A DNA stretch of 61,358 nt from an uncultured Oscillospiraceae bacterium (GTDB lineage: Bacteria > Bacillota > Clostridia > RUG12999), in NCBI GenBank assembly GCA_964418245.1, contig CAYQKW010000005.1, forward strand, positions 1 to 61,358. Reading direction: 5' to 3'. Made by a program: the position numbers and the translations under genes. How positions within the stretch are numbered: position 1 is the stretch's first letter; each line of letters begins with the position of its first letter. The notes under the pieces were generated by a model. That model saw only the letters and a list, made by a program, of their open reading frames with translations. It made no database searches and was not told the DNA's origin. Shown piece by piece: positions 18,891-30,293 of the stretch.

Positions 18891-20630
18891 TTAATTTATA
18901 TTATCCGTTAATTCCGTAACGGCATTTTTGATAGCGTTAAGTCTGTGCTCGGCAATATCTGCCGCTTCACCTTTTGCGCCGAAATAAAATTTAATTTTCG
19001 GTTCTGTGCCGGATGGTCTTGCCGCCCACCAGCAGTCGTTCTCAAGTTCAAACAAAAGCACGTTGGATTTCGGAAGCGTTATTTCGTATGTTGCTCCCGT
19101 TGATAAATCCGCTTTGAGCGAACACTGATAATCGTTGAAATATTTAACTTTAAGTCCCGCTGTTTCTTTCGGCGGATTTTTTCTTATTGCCGCCATTATG
19201 TTTTTAATCTTCTCGGCACCCGCCATGCCCTCATACGTAACCGACACAAGGGTTTCTTTGAACGTTCCGTATTTTTTATAAAGCTCGCACAGCCCCTCGT
19301 AAAGCGACATTCCTTTGATTCTGTACCATGCCGCCATTTCGGCGATAAGCACGGATGCAACAACGCCGTCTTTGTCCCTTGCGTATGTGCCTTTCAAATA
19401 TCCGTAGCTTTCTTCAAATCCGAGCAGGAACGTTTTATAGTTGTCGTTATCTTCAAATTCTTTTATTTTTTCGCCGATAAACTTAAATCCCGTAAGTGTG
19501 TTTATAACTTCCACACCAAAATGTTTGCATATTATATCGGGCATATACGACGTTACGATTGTTTTTATTACAACGCCGTTATCGGGCAGTGTTCCGTCCG
19601 TTTTCATGCTGCCGAGTACATAATCGGTCAAAAGTGCCCCGACCATATTTCCGGTGAGTGCAATATATTCGCCCTCGTTGTTTCTGACAACAACACCAAC
19701 TCTGTCGCAGTCCGGGTCTGTTCCGATTATGAAATCCGCATTTTCTTCTTTTGCTTTTTCTATCGCGATTTCAAACGCTTCTTTATATTCGGGATTTGGA
19801 GATTTAACCGTCGGGAAACTGCCGTCCGGCTGTTCCTGTTCGGCAATCACGATTACATTTTTATATCCGGCCATATCCAGCGCACGTCTTACGGGGATAT
19901 TTCCGCTGCCGTGTATCGGTGTGTAAATTATTTTAAAATTATCGCCCACAACCTGTGCGGCTTCGGGATTTAATCTCTGTGCAAGCACATTTGAAAGATA
20001 AACATCATCAAACTCATCACCGAAAGTTGTTATAAGCCCCACACCGACAGCTTCGTTAAAATCCATAAGCTTAATATCATCGAAAATATTCATTCGGCTC
20101 ATAATTTCGGCAACTTTATCCGCAGCCTCCGGCGACATCTGACAACCGTCCGCTCCGTATACCTTATATCCGTTATATTCCGGAGGATTATGACTTGCCG
20201 TAACCATAACACCGGCAACGCATCCGAAATGCCTTACCGCAAACGAAAGCTCCGGAACGGGACGCAATCTGTTTGAAAGATATGCTTTTATGCCGTTTGC
20301 CGCAAGCACCGATGCGGTTTCCTGCGCAAACGTATCGGAAAAATGACGTGAATCATATGAAATTGCAACGCCCTTTGCCTTAGCTTCGTCACCGAGAGCG
20401 GAAATATAATCCGCAAGTCCCTGCGTGGCTTTTCTTACCGTATATATGTTCATTCTGTTTATACCGGCACCGAGAATACCTCTTAGACCGGCTGTTCCGA
20501 ACTCAAGATTTTTATAAAATCTTTCTTCGATTTCTTTTTCATCGGCAGATATACTTTTAAGCTCATTTTTCGTTTCCTCGTCTGTTGCCGCGGAACTTAT
20601 CCATAAATTGTATTCTTCTTTGAATCCCAT
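18891..20630 (-). CDS. Phospho-sugar mutase (phosphoglucomutase-like)
   Basis: Active-site TASHNPPEYNGYKV and the metal loop GTDPDCDR. Confidence 0.85.
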   Translation of the reverse strand: MGFKEEYNLWISSAATDEETKNELKSISADEKEIEERFYKNLEFGTAGLRGILGAGINRMNIYTVRKATQGLADYISALGDEAKAKGVAISYDSRHFSDTFAQETASVLAANGIKAYLSNRLRPVPELSFAVRHFGCVAGVMVTASHNPPEYNGYKVYGADGCQMSPEAADKVAEIMSRMNIFDDIKLMDFNEAVGVGLITTFGDEFDDVYLSNVLAQRLNPEAAQVVGDNFKIIYTPIHGSGNIPVRRALDMAGYKNVIVIAEQEQPDGSFPTVKSPNPEYKEAFEIAIEKAKEENADFIIGTDPDCDRVGVVVRNNEGEYIALTGNMVGALLTDYVLGSMKTDGTLPDNGVVIKTIVTSYMPDIICKHFGVEVINTLTGFKFIGEKIKEFEDNDNYKTFLLGFEESYGYLKGTYARDKDGVVASVLIAEMAAWYRIKGMSLYEGLCELYKKYGTFKETLVSVTYEGMAGAEKIKNIMAAIRKNPPKETAGLKVKYFNDYQCSLKADLSTGATYEITLPKSNVLLFELENDCWWAARPSGTEPKIKFYFGAKGEAADIAEHRLNAIKNAVTELTDNIN

Positions 20631-20662
20631 GCAAATCCTCCTTTAAATCTGTTCATATAAAA

Positions 20663-22486
20663 TTATTTTTTATTTTTAAACTGTGCCTTAAGTCTTAATG
20701 TTGTATCAAGTATTCTTTTTCTTATTCTAATGTTTTCGGGAGTTACTTCAAGCAATTCGTCTTCAGCCAAAAATTCAATTGATTCTTCAAGGCTCATCTG
20801 CTTGGGCGGAACAAGTCTCAATGCTTCATCGCTTCCGGATGCACGTGTGTTTGTAAGCTGTTTCTTCTTGCATACGTTTACGGCAATATCCTCCTGCTTC
20901 GGCGACATACCGATTACCATGCCCTCGTAAACATCAACACCGGCACCTATGAAAAGTGTTCCTCTTCCCTGTGCGTTATAAAGACCGTATGTTATGGATT
21001 CGCCTGTTTCAAACGCAACGAGCGACCCTGTCGAACGACTGCGTATATCCCCTTTATACGGAGCATAACTGTCGAATATTGTATTTAATATTCCCTCGCC
21101 TCTTGTATCGGTCAAAAATTCGTTTCTGTATCCGAAAAGTCCTCTTGTGGGAATGAGATATTCAATACGCATTCTGCTGCCGTGCGGTTCCATTTGAGTG
21201 AGTTCGCCTTTACGCACACCCATTTTTTCCATTACACTGCCAACCGCTTCCTCAGGAACGTCAATCAAAACCCGTTCCATGGGTTCGCATTTCACGCCGT
21301 CAATTGTTTTGAACAGAACTCTCGGTGTGCTTACCGCAAATTCATATCCCTCTCGGCGCATTGTTTCGATAAGTATCGAAAGATGCATTTCGCCTCTGCC
21401 CGCAACTTTGAAACAATCTGTTGTTTCACCGTCTTCAACACGCAAAGACACGTCTTTTAACAATTCTTTGTAAAGTCTGTCATGGAGCTGTCTTGACGTT
21501 ACGAATTTACCTTCTTTTCCGGCAAACGGACTGTCGTTTACCTGGAATGTCATTTCAAGTGTGGGTTCGCTTATTTTTACAAACGGAAGTGCTTCCGGAT
21601 TTGTCACTGCCGTCACCGTGTCGCCTATTGTGATATTTTCAATACCGGAAAAACATACAATATCGCCTGTTTTGGCTTCGTCAACCGGTATTCTGCTGAG
21701 CCCGTCTATTTGATACATTTTAACGATATGCCCTCTGTACGGTTCTTTTGAATCATAATAATCGCACACCATGACTTCGCCGTTTTGTTTCATTGTTCCT
21801 CTTTCAATACGGCCGATGGCAATTCTGCCGACATATTCGTTATAGTCTATCGACGAAACAAGCACCTGCAAATCACCCTCGTCATCACCTTCCGGTGCCG
21901 GGATATAATCTATTATTTTATCGAACAGCACCGTCATATCGTCATTGAGTTTGCCGGGATTTTCAGAAGCTTTGCCTTCTCTTGCACTGCAATATATAAT
22001 AGGGCTGTCGAGCTGTTCGTCGGAAGCATCGAGTTCCATCAACAGTTCAAATATTTCATCTTCAACCTCTCCGAGCCTTGCATCGGGACGGTCGATTTTA
22101 TTTATTACGATAATCACTCTGTGCCCAAGTTCCAACGCTCTTTGAAGCACAAATCTTGTCTGCGGCATCGGTCCCTCGGCTGCATCCACAAGAAGCAGTA
22201 CGCCGTTTACCATTTTAAGAACACGTTCCACCTCTCCGCCGAAATCGGCGTGTCCCGGGGTATCGATTATATTAATTTTCACATCTTTATAGTGAGCCGC
22301 GGTGTTTTTGGAAAGTATTGTTATTCCCCTTTCTCTCTCAAGTGCACCGGAATCCATGACTCTGTCCTGAATTACCTGATTTTCTCGGTATACGCCCCCT
22401 TGCTTGAGTAATTGGTCAACAAGTGTTGTTTTACCGTGGTCAACATGGGCTATTATAGCAACATTTCTTAAATCTGTTCTTATCAA
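20663..22486 (-). CDS. typA: Translational GTPase TypA/BipA
   Basis: AHVDHGKTT and DTPGHADF motifs; 607 aa. Confidence 0.9.
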   Translation of the reverse strand: MIRTDLRNVAIIAHVDHGKTTLVDQLLKQGGVYRENQVIQDRVMDSGALERERGITILSKNTAAHYKDVKINIIDTPGHADFGGEVERVLKMVNGVLLLVDAAEGPMPQTRFVLQRALELGHRVIIVINKIDRPDARLGEVEDEIFELLMELDASDEQLDSPIIYCSAREGKASENPGKLNDDMTVLFDKIIDYIPAPEGDDEGDLQVLVSSIDYNEYVGRIAIGRIERGTMKQNGEVMVCDYYDSKEPYRGHIVKMYQIDGLSRIPVDEAKTGDIVCFSGIENITIGDTVTAVTNPEALPFVKISEPTLEMTFQVNDSPFAGKEGKFVTSRQLHDRLYKELLKDVSLRVEDGETTDCFKVAGRGEMHLSILIETMRREGYEFAVSTPRVLFKTIDGVKCEPMERVLIDVPEEAVGSVMEKMGVRKGELTQMEPHGSRMRIEYLIPTRGLFGYRNEFLTDTRGEGILNTIFDSYAPYKGDIRSRSTGSLVAFETGESITYGLYNAQGRGTLFIGAGVDVYEGMVIGMSPKQEDIAVNVCKKKQLTNTRASGSDEALRLVPPKQMSLEESIEFLAEDELLEVTPENIRIRKRILDTTLRLKAQFKNKK

Positions 22487-22606
22487 CGGATTCTCTTCCC
22501 TTCAATTTATTCTGTATCTTATATATGCTTATAATTATACTACAAATGTGCAAAATAATCAAGAAAAAATTTTAATTTTATTAAATTTGCACAGTTTTGC
22601 GGCATA

Positions 22607-23488
22607 TTACAAGTTTTTTTCTATAAGTGAGATAAGATGACGCCCCGTATCGTGCAGAAATTTTGTTGCCGTCGGGATAAAATCGTTATCCATTCCGTTA
22701 TAAAAAGAGTCGGTTTCAAATGTGAAATCTCCGGCGTATTCTGTTTCCGCAAGTGCCGCCGTTATTGACTTCCAGTCAAAATATCCGGCATAAGGAATCA
22801 TATGGTCATCATTTTTATATCTGTTATCGTGAACGTGCAAAGCCCCAATTCTTTTTCCGAGTTTGTGTATCATATTTACAGGGTCATCACCCACAACTCC
22901 GCAGTGCCCTATATCAAGGCACGCCGTAACATACGAGCTGTTCAAATCGTCCACATATTTACAGAACTCCTCTGCATGAGAACACGCACTGTCTGAAATC
23001 ACTTCTCGGCGGTTATCATATCCGAACATATTCTCCACGGCAATTTTCACCCCGGCATCTTTGGCATACGGAATAAGCGAATTATAAAACTCCATGCTCA
23101 TTTCATATACTTCTCTGCGGCATTCTTCCCTGTAATAATCCCTCAAATGATGTTTCGGATGTATTACAACGCATTTGGCGCCGAGCATACCCGAAATTTC
23201 AATCGAGCGTACTATTTTTTTGTAAATTTCTTTGTTATATTCCTCGTCGTCTTTCGATGACGGAAACGGTGCGTGTGTTTGTGTGCAGCATATTCCGCGT
23301 TTCTCTGCTGTATTTTTAATCTCCGCAATATATTTTTTATATTCATCGGTATTTAAAACATTGTCTTTGTCTTGCATTTGGAACATTGAATAATCATATG
23401 CGTCAAACCCGGCTTCCGCAATCATTTCCACCGCTTTCGCATCACCGAAACGTTCTCTCAGTTTTTCTGTCGGCATTGCCAATTTCAT
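22607..23488 (-). CDS. Sugar phosphate isomerase/epimerase (TIM barrel)
   Basis: 293 aa with general family resemblance (HAPF.., ENM.., GHCG..). Confidence 0.6.
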   Translation of the reverse strand: MKLAMPTEKLRERFGDAKAVEMIAEAGFDAYDYSMFQMQDKDNVLNTDEYKKYIAEIKNTAEKRGICCTQTHAPFPSSKDDEEYNKEIYKKIVRSIEISGMLGAKCVVIHPKHHLRDYYREECRREVYEMSMEFYNSLIPYAKDAGVKIAVENMFGYDNRREVISDSACSHAEEFCKYVDDLNSSYVTACLDIGHCGVVGDDPVNMIHKLGKRIGALHVHDNRYKNDDHMIPYAGYFDWKSITAALAETEYAGDFTFETDSFYNGMDNDFIPTATKFLHDTGRHLISLIEKNL

Positions 23489-23636
23489 AATAAATCCCCA
23501 TTTCTGTTTTTATATTATATATTCTATCACAAAATAAAATTTTGTCAATATTTTTTCTGTATTTTTTTAATTCATAAATATTTAAAAATCAACATAAAAC
23601 ACATATATTTTTTTAAAAATTTCGTAATTTATGCGG

Positions 23637-23665
23637 TTGACAATATTTGCGCAATCATGTATAAT
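23637..23665 (+). promoter_or_regulatory. Promoter TTGACA-17-TGTATAAT for the aconitase-family gene
   Basis: ttgaca at 23637..23642 and tataat at 23660..23665 with an upstream TG. It lies inside the extended track ORF, which supports the 23697 start. Confidence 0.6.
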
Positions 23666-23696
23666 TATACTATACTATTTTGACGGAGGTTTAAAA

Positions 23697-25946
23697 ATGA
23701 TAAAACTCATAGAAAAACCCGTTGTTTTGAAAAACGGTACAACTCTTATATCCGACGAACGTGAACTTGCCGGATATGATTTTTCAAAAAAAAGCGGAAC
23801 AATGGCGGAAAAAATTCTCGATTCGCACAACACATCGGGAAATCCCGAAAAACTTAAAATAAAATTCGATGCTTTGGCATCACATGATATAACATATGTC
23901 GGCGTAATCCAAACCGCACGTGCAAGCGGTTTGGATAAATTCCCGATACCGTATATTTTAACAAACTGCCACAACAGTTTGTGTGCCGTTGGCGGTACAA
24001 TAAACGAAGATGACCATATGTTCGGACTGTCGGCGGCAAAAAAATACGGCGGAATTTATGTGCCGGCACATCAGGCGGTTATTCACCAATTCATGCGTGA
24101 GCAGTTTGCCGCCTGCGGAAAAATGATTTTGGGGTCGGACAGTCACACACGTTACGGTGCACTCGGCACAATGGCTGTCGGCGAGGGCGGTCCGGAACTT
24201 GTTAAACAGCTTTTGTCCAAAACATACGACATTGACCGTCCCGATGTTATCTGTGTATATCTTGAGGGTACACCGTCTTACGGTGTAGGTCCGCAGGACG
24301 TTGCAATAGCCCTTATCGGTGCCGTATTCAAAAACGGATTTGTAAAAAATAAAATACTTGAATTTACAGGTCCGGGCGTTGCCGGATTATCCATGGATTT
24401 CCGTATCGGAATTGATGTTATGACAACCGAAACAACGTGTCTTTCATCTGTTTGGGTAACCGATGACAAAACAAAAGAATATTTTGTTACACACAAACGT
24501 GCCGATGATTTTGAATATATGTCACCGGACGACGAAGCATTATATGACGGTGCCGTATGCATCAATTTATCGAAAATAAAACCGATGATAGCACTTCCGT
24601 TCCATCCGAGCAACGCATACACAATCGAAGAAGTAAACGCAAATGCGGATGATATTCTGCACGAAGTGGAAAAAGCCGCCGCCGCACAGCTTAACATTGC
24701 AGATTACAAACTCACAGACAAAATTAAAAACGGCAGAATAAAAATCGACCAGGGCGTTATTGCCGGCTGTGCCGGAGGTACGTTTGAAAACCTCTGTGCC
24801 GCCGCCGACATACTCAACGGCAAAAGCATTGGCAGTGACGAGTTTGCCATAAGTGCGTATCCATCAAGTCAGCCCGTATATATTGAACTTATCAAAAACG
24901 GTGCGGCCGCAAAACTTATGCAATCGGGCGTAACCATGCGCACAGCTTTCTGCGGTCCCTGCTTCGGTGCCGGGGATGTGCCGTCCAACAACGCACTCAG
25001 CATACGCCACTCAACACGAAACTTCCCGAACCGAGAGGGCAGTAAACCCACAAACGGACAAATTGCCTCGGTTGCGCTTATGGACGCACGTTCAATTGCG
25101 GCAACGGCGGCAAACGGCGGAATACTCACTTCTGCGGCAGATATTGATGTTGAATATACTTCATATGAATATAATTTTGACGATACGGTTTATCGCAACA
25201 GAATATACAGAGGATATAACAATGCTCTTCCGTCAGAGGAACTGAAATTCGGTCCGAATATTGCGGACTGGCCGAAAATGGAAGCTTTGACAGACAATTT
25301 AATTCTTAAAGTCGTATCGGAAATACACGACCCCGTAACAACCACGGACGAACTTATTCCGTCCGGAGAAACATCGTCATATCGTTCCAATCCGCTTAAG
25401 CTTGCGGAGTTTACGCTTTCAAGAAAAGACCCGTCTTATGTTGAGAAAGCAAAAGACGTTCAAAAACTCGAAAAAATGAGAACAAGCGGTAAAAATCCGT
25501 GCGAAAATGCCGAATTTGAAAAAGTTTTTGAAAAAGCAAAAGGTATAAAATCCGAGCTTGATGCAATGCAAACAGGAATCGGTTCGGTGATATTTGCCGT
25601 AAAACCCGGTGACGGTTCGGCAAGAGAACAGGCCGCATCGTGCCAGAAAGTTCTTGGCGGATTTGCAAACATCGCAAATGAATATGCAACCAAACGATAC
25701 AGAAGCAATCTCATAAACTGGGGTATGCTGCCATTCATAATAAAATCCGGTGAACTTCCTTTCAAAAACGGCGATTATATTCTTGTTGCCGACATTAAAA
25801 ATGCCGTATCGGCAAAAAAAGATACCGTGAAAGCATATGTTCTCGGCGACAGCATAACCGAATTTGAACTCACGCTTTCGGGACTTACGGACGACGAAAG
25901 AGATATTATACTTTCCGGATGCCTTATAAATTACTATAAAAAATAA
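23697..25946 (+). CDS. Aconitase-family hydratase
   Basis: [20 protein letters not shown] and the CGPCFG cluster ligands. The start is chosen at MIKLIEK after GGAGG. Confidence 0.7.
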   Translation: MIKLIEKPVVLKNGTTLISDERELAGYDFSKKSGTMAEKILDSHNTSGNPEKLKIKFDALASHDITYVGVIQTARASGLDKFPIPYILTNCHNSLCAVGGTINEDDHMFGLSAAKKYGGIYVPAHQAVIHQFMREQFAACGKMILGSDSHTRYGALGTMAVGEGGPELVKQLLSKTYDIDRPDVICVYLEGTPSYGVGPQDVAIALIGAVFKNGFVKNKILEFTGPGVAGLSMDFRIGIDVMTTETTCLSSVWVTDDKTKEYFVTHKRADDFEYMSPDDEALYDGAVCINLSKIKPMIALPFHPSNAYTIEEVNANADDILHEVEKAAAAQLNIADYKLTDKIKNGRIKIDQGVIAGCAGGTFENLCAAADILNGKSIGSDEFAISAYPSSQPVYIELIKNGAAAKLMQSGVTMRTAFCGPCFGAGDVPSNNALSIRHSTRNFPNREGSKPTNGQIASVALMDARSIAATAANGGILTSAADIDVEYTSYEYNFDDTVYRNRIYRGYNNALPSEELKFGPNIADWPKMEALTDNLILKVVSEIHDPVTTTDELIPSGETSSYRSNPLKLAEFTLSRKDPSYVEKAKDVQKLEKMRTSGKNPCENAEFEKVFEKAKGIKSELDAMQTGIGSVIFAVKPGDGSAREQAASCQKVLGGFANIANEYATKRYRSNLINWGMLPFIIKSGELPFKNGDYILVADIKNAVSAKKDTVKAYVLGDSITEFELTLSGLTDDERDIILSGCLINYYKK

Positions 25947-26026
25947 TTAAAAAATATTCTGCCGAGCAAAATGTTCGGCAGAATTATTTTTTTAACCGCA
26001 TATATACCGGCGGCAAATTCACAAAA

Positions 26027-26823
26027 TTATGTCAGCTTATTTTCTTTTTTAAAGTTTGACGGAGATATTCCCTCTCTTTTTTTGAAATATTTTGAAAAAG
26101 TAATGCAGTCCTCCATTCCTATCGAGTTTGCGATTTCCGTCAGCGACATTGAAGTTTCGAGCAAAAGTTCTTTTGCTTTTTCCGTTTTTTGCATATCAAT
26201 ATATTGTTTTGGAGATATTGAAGCTCGCTTTTTAAAAATATTATATAGATACGGCTGTGAAACACCCAATATTTTTGTTAATTCCTCAACCGTGATTTTT
26301 CTGAACAGATTCGTTTCTATGAACTTCACAGCATAGCTGTAATACATCATTTCCGCACTTGTTTCATCTTTTTGAACAATGCTGTGCGAATTGAAAATGT
26401 GCAGAAACATTTCATACAGTTCCGATGCGCGATATATTTTGTTATTATTTTTCATAATTTGATTTTTTGCTCGGATAAGCGGCGAAACATTCGTATATTC
26501 AAATATATTTGTCGCATGGTCGCATTGTATTCATCGAAAATCAAGCTTATATTCGGGATATTTTCAAACGTAATCCAAAAAATTTCCCACGGATTTTCAT
26601 TGTCGGGATAATAATATTCCGGCATTTGCGGAGTTATTAAAAATCCCTGTCCCTCTTCGACAAAATTATTGTTAAAATACCCCTTACCGGATAATACATA
26701 ATGAATTATGTAATTATTCCTTTTTGCCGGTCCGTAATGTGTTATATTCACGTCATCACTGTACCCCATGTTATTAATTCCGAATGCATTGTTTTCCGCC
26801 AGACCATATAGTTCATATCTCAT
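26027..26823 (-). pseudogene. AraC-family regulator split into a cupin-type N-terminal ORF (26452..26823) and an HTH ORF (26027..26455)
   Basis: The two ORFs overlap by ATGA and sum to 265 aa, the size of one AraC protein. The second ORF carries the AraC HTH (LTEIANSIGMEDCITFSKYFKKREGISPSNF). Confidence 0.6.
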
Positions 26824-26938
26824 ATATGCACCCTCTTTCTGTTATGATTTTACCATATATATTATGATTTGTCAATAGACAAAATACGACAGATATGATA
26901 TACTGTAAAAAAATCACAGACAGAAAGGATATGCAATT

Positions 26939-28912
26939 ATGATTTACGAGAAATTCGCAGAAATAGGTGAATATGCCGCAGCCGGAGCTTTTGAAAACGA
27001 AAACAAAAGTCTTTTTTGCCGGAAAGCGTTGGGACTGCGCAGGTATTACGAGAACTGCAAACTATATGAATATTCTGGAAAGCCTTTATATCCGTCCGGT
27101 GTTAAATCCGATGATATGATAATAAAACCACACTATCTCAACGGTCTTGACATAGATTGGGGAAAAGTAACCGACAGCAACAGAAACCTGATACAGCGTT
27201 ACGCAGATGATTTTTTCCGATATACTTCCAAAGTGCCTGCCGAACACGTTGTTGCCGGAAATATGTGGTGTCATTCCATGCCGAACTACGGCAGAATAAT
27301 CCGCGAGGGTTTCAATTCATATGCGGAAAGAATCAAAAAAATCACCGATGATGACTTGAGAGAAGGTCTTTTGCATATTTACGAGGGCATTAAATGTTAT
27401 GTGGAAAGATGCGTAAATTATCTTGAAGAAGTGAATGCCGACACAAAAATCATAAATGCATTAAAAAAAGTTCCGCTCGAAAAAGCCGACAATATTTACG
27501 AAGCGATTGTTTCGTAGAATTTTGTTATGTATCTTGACAACTGCGATAATTTAGGCTGTCTCGCAAAAGAATTGGACGATTTTCACAACGGAGAAGATGT
27601 TGTTTACCTGCTGGAAAATTTATATGATAACCTAAACGCACACGATGGATATTCCACAGCACTGCACAACGATTACAACGAACTTACAATTCAATGTTTA
27701 AAAGCCGCAAAGGGCAAACGCCGACCGATGATTGAGCTTTTCGTTGACAAAAACACTCCGAACGAAATTTGGGACACCGCTTTCGACGTTATGCGTTCCT
27801 GCGGCGGTCAGCCGGCTTTTTACAATCCCAAAATATTGCTCGGAGGATTGCAGAAAAAACTGAATATAACCGATGAAGATATAAAAGGATTCTGCGGAGG
27901 CGGCTGCACCGAAAGTATGATTGCCGGAATGTCGAATATCGGTTCTGTTGATGCCGGTATAAACTTGTTGCTTATATTTGAAAAAGTAATGTATGATTAT
28001 TTGCCGAAATCAAAAAGCTTTGAAGATTTTTACGATAAATATACGGAAGCCGTTCGCCGTACAGCGGAAGATGTTATGACGAAAATCAGCATTTCTCAAA
28101 AAGAGAGAGCAAAATTCAATCCTGTGCCGATGCGTACTTTTTTAATTGACGATTGCATAGATTCCGGAAAGGAATATTACAGCGGAGGAGCAAGATATAA
28201 AGGCAGTATTGTAAATTTTGCCGGTATGATAAACGTAATCGATTCCATGCTTGCGGTTGATGAGCTTATCTTTAAAGAAAAAAGCGAAACACCCGAAGAA
28301 TTTTTATTGAAATTAAAAAATAACGATGAAGAATTTTTACAAAAATGCCGCAATATAAAAAGATGTTTCGGAACGGATGATGACGAAAGCAATGCTTTCA
28401 CACATAAAATCTCGCAGACAATTTTCTCTATGTTAGATACTCAAACCCCGTATCTCGGCGGGAAATTTCTTCCTGCCTCAATACAATTTATGAGCCAGGT
28501 CGATGCCGGAAAAAATATCGGTGCAACTCCCGACGGAAGATGTGCCGGCGCTCCGCTCTGCGATTCACTCGGTGCGATTTTCGGCAAAGACGTAAAAGGT
28601 CCTACAGCACTTTTAAAAAGCGTTGCATCACTGGATTTGAAACAAGCGCTCGGCGTTCCGATTTTAAACTTTAACATTGACGAAAATTGGAATAACGATG
28701 TGCTTAAAGCCTTGATTTTATCGTATATGGAAATGGGCGGAATACAAATGCAGATTTCCTGCGTATCCGCCGAAATGCTGCAAGAAGCATACGACAATCC
28801 CGATATGCATAAAAATATCGTGGTTCGTGTGGGCGGTTATTCCGAATATTTTTATCGTCTTTCGGACGAACTGAAAAAAATGATAATGCAGCGAACAATT
28901 CAAAAAATGTGA
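26939..28912 (+). pseudogene. Short (about 657 codons) glycyl radical enzyme interrupted by one in-frame TAG at 27515..27517
   Basis: ORFs 26939..27517 and 27527..28912 share one frame (..EAIVS * NFV MYLDN..). The C-terminal Gly-radical motif VVRVGGYSEYF and a candidate Cys loop GGGCTES are present. Confidence 0.65.
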
Positions 28913-28928
28913 AAGAAGTGATAACAAA

Positions 28929-29756
28929 ATGGTCGGTAAAATATTCGATATACAAAGATTTTGCATAAACGACGGTCCCGGAATACGCACAACGATATTT
29001 ATGAAAGGCTGTCCTCTGCGTTGTATTTGGTGTCATAATCCCGAAAGTCAAGCAAAAGAAACGGAAATTATGTTCTATAAAGAACGTTGCACGGGATGCG
29101 GAAAATGCAAATCGCATACGGATAATTCGTTTGTGTGTCCCAACGGAGCAAAAGAAATCTGCGGAAAAGATATTGATTCCGACTGTGTGATTGAACAAGT
29201 ATTAAAAGACTGTGTTTTTTATAAAAATTCCGACGGCGGTGTCACCCTTTCGGGCGGAGAAGCTCTGTATCAATATGAATTTTGCTTGGATTTGCTGAAA
29301 AAATTAAAAAATCACGGTCTGCATACGGCGGTTGAAACCTGCGGTTTTGCAAATCGTGATAATCTGAGCAATATCGCACAATATACCGATTTGTTTCTGT
29401 TCGATTACAAAGAAACCGATTCGGTTAAGCATAATCAATTCACCGGTGTTGATAATTCCGTTATTCTTAATAATTTATCATTTTTGAATAAATTGAAGAA
29501 AAATATAATTTTACGCTGTCCGATTATTAAAGGCTGTAACGACAGACAAGACCATTTTGACGGCATTGCGGCAACGGCAAATAAATATGAACATATTTTG
29601 CACATTGAAATTGAACCCTACCATCCGCTCGGCGAGGGAAAATGTGCTGCACTCGAAAAAATCCCCCAAAAATTTGACGTTGCAAGCGAAAAAGAAAAGA
29701 ACGAGTATCTTCGCCAAATAAGCAACAAAACGCACAAAAAAGTTATTTTTGCTTAA
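28929..29756 (+). CDS. Glycyl-radical enzyme activating protein (radical SAM)
   Basis: CINDGPGIRTTIFMKGCPLRCIWCHNPES plus a second Cys cluster, CTGCGKC. Confidence 0.85.
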   Translation: MVGKIFDIQRFCINDGPGIRTTIFMKGCPLRCIWCHNPESQAKETEIMFYKERCTGCGKCKSHTDNSFVCPNGAKEICGKDIDSDCVIEQVLKDCVFYKNSDGGVTLSGGEALYQYEFCLDLLKKLKNHGLHTAVETCGFANRDNLSNIAQYTDLFLFDYKETDSVKHNQFTGVDNSVILNNLSFLNKLKKNIILRCPIIKGCNDRQDHFDGIAATANKYEHILHIEIEPYHPLGEGKCAALEKIPQKFDVASEKEKNEYLRQISNKTHKKVIFA

Positions 29757-29886
29757 GTTTCTTCAAAACAACAAACAGACCATAGCCGAAATTCGGATAA
29801 AAACATTTCCGTTTTTTTACATTCCACAAAAATTATTTTGGATTTTTTTGCACAAAAAGCAGAATTTACCGCAAAAACACTTCAGT

Positions 29887-29920
29887 ATTGTATACAATTT
29901 GCATGATAATTGTATACAAT
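29887..29920. promoter_or_regulatory. Two copies of the 12-bp palindrome ATTGTATACAAT, 22 bp centre to centre
   Basis: The copies are at 29887..29898 and 29909..29920, about 30-60 bp upstream of the -35 of promoter P1. Confidence 0.5.
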
Positions 29921-29948
29921 ACTCTTTTAATATTGTTGAAATAATCTA

Positions 29949-29977
29949 TTGATTTTTTTCAGATTTATTGGTATAAT
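29949..29977 (+). promoter_or_regulatory. Promoter P1: TTGATT-17-TGgTATAAT
   Basis: ttgatt at 29949..29954 and tataat at 29972..29977 with TG at 29969..29970. Confidence 0.6.
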
Positions 29978-30073
29978 AAATCTATAGATTAAATAAGCGT
30001 CTGCGGACGCAGGATATAAGGTTGATTTATTGTTACCGTTCAGTTGAATGCAAACCGCTTTGCGGTATTGCTT
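29975..30073 (+). repeat. Repeat module A (99 bp); an inverted copy lies at 61173..61270
   Basis: About 92% identity to the reverse complement of 61173..61270 by my manual alignment (8 mismatches). It contains the palindrome aatctatagatt, the hairpin gcgtc-tgcg-gacgc and the hairpin accgc-ttt-gcggt. Confidence 0.85.
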
Positions 30074-30076
30074 TTA

Positions 30077-30085
30077 TGGTATAAT
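30077..30085 (+). promoter_or_regulatory. Second extended -10 box (TGgTATAAT) at the A/B module junction
   Basis: tggtataat at 30077..30085. Confidence 0.45.
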
Positions 30086-30090
30086 AAGTA

Positions 30091-30154
30091 GAAAGAATTG
30101 CTTATGCAATTCTTTACGGACTTCGTCCTTTCTGTGCTTCGCACACCTACTTTT
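30091..30154 (+). repeat. Repeat module B (64 bp, three consecutive hairpins)
   Basis: It is a direct repeat of 30230..30293 (3 mismatches in 64). The hairpins are aaagaattgc/gcaattcttt, ggac-ttc-gtcc and gtgc-ttc-gcac. Confidence 0.9.
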
Positions 30155-30157
30155 TTG

Positions 30158-30212
30158 ACGGCGTCGTAAAAATCCCTTTGCAAGCAAGCATTTTTACTTC
30201 CTGGTTAAATAA
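30158..30212 (+). repeat. Repeat module C; an inverted copy lies at 61268..61321
   Basis: acggcgtcgtaaaaat..gcaagcaagcatttttacttcctggttaaataa matches the reverse complement of the window end. The other copy forms an 11-bp stem, gtaaaaatgct/agcatttttac. Confidence 0.8.
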
Positions 30213-30229
30213 AGTTTCTGATTAATGTT

Positions 30230-30293
30230 GAAAGAATTGCTCTTGCTATTCTTTACGGACTTCGTCCTTTCTGTGCTTCGCACACCTACTTTT
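30230..30293 (+). repeat. Repeat module B' (second copy of B)
   Basis: See 30091..30154. Confidence 0.9.

Noticed and set aside
27515-27517. In-frame TAG read as pyrrolysine or a reassigned codon
   Set aside because: TAG ends other genes in the window (for example at 8223..8225). No pyl genes are visible here, and glycyl radical enzymes are not known Pyl proteins. A nonsense mutation or a sequencing error is more likely.
30048-30158. A 36-aa ORF (MQTALRYCFYGIISRKNCLCNS..) running through modules A and B, as a toxin-like peptide
   Set aside because: It has no Shine-Dalgarno sequence. In the second copy of module A the same ATG opens a different 17-aa frame, so the reading frame is not conserved.
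30091-30293. The direct repeats as a CRISPR array
   Set aside because: There are only two 64-bp copies with a 75-bp gap. The repeats are much longer than CRISPR repeats, and there are no cas genes anywhere in the window.
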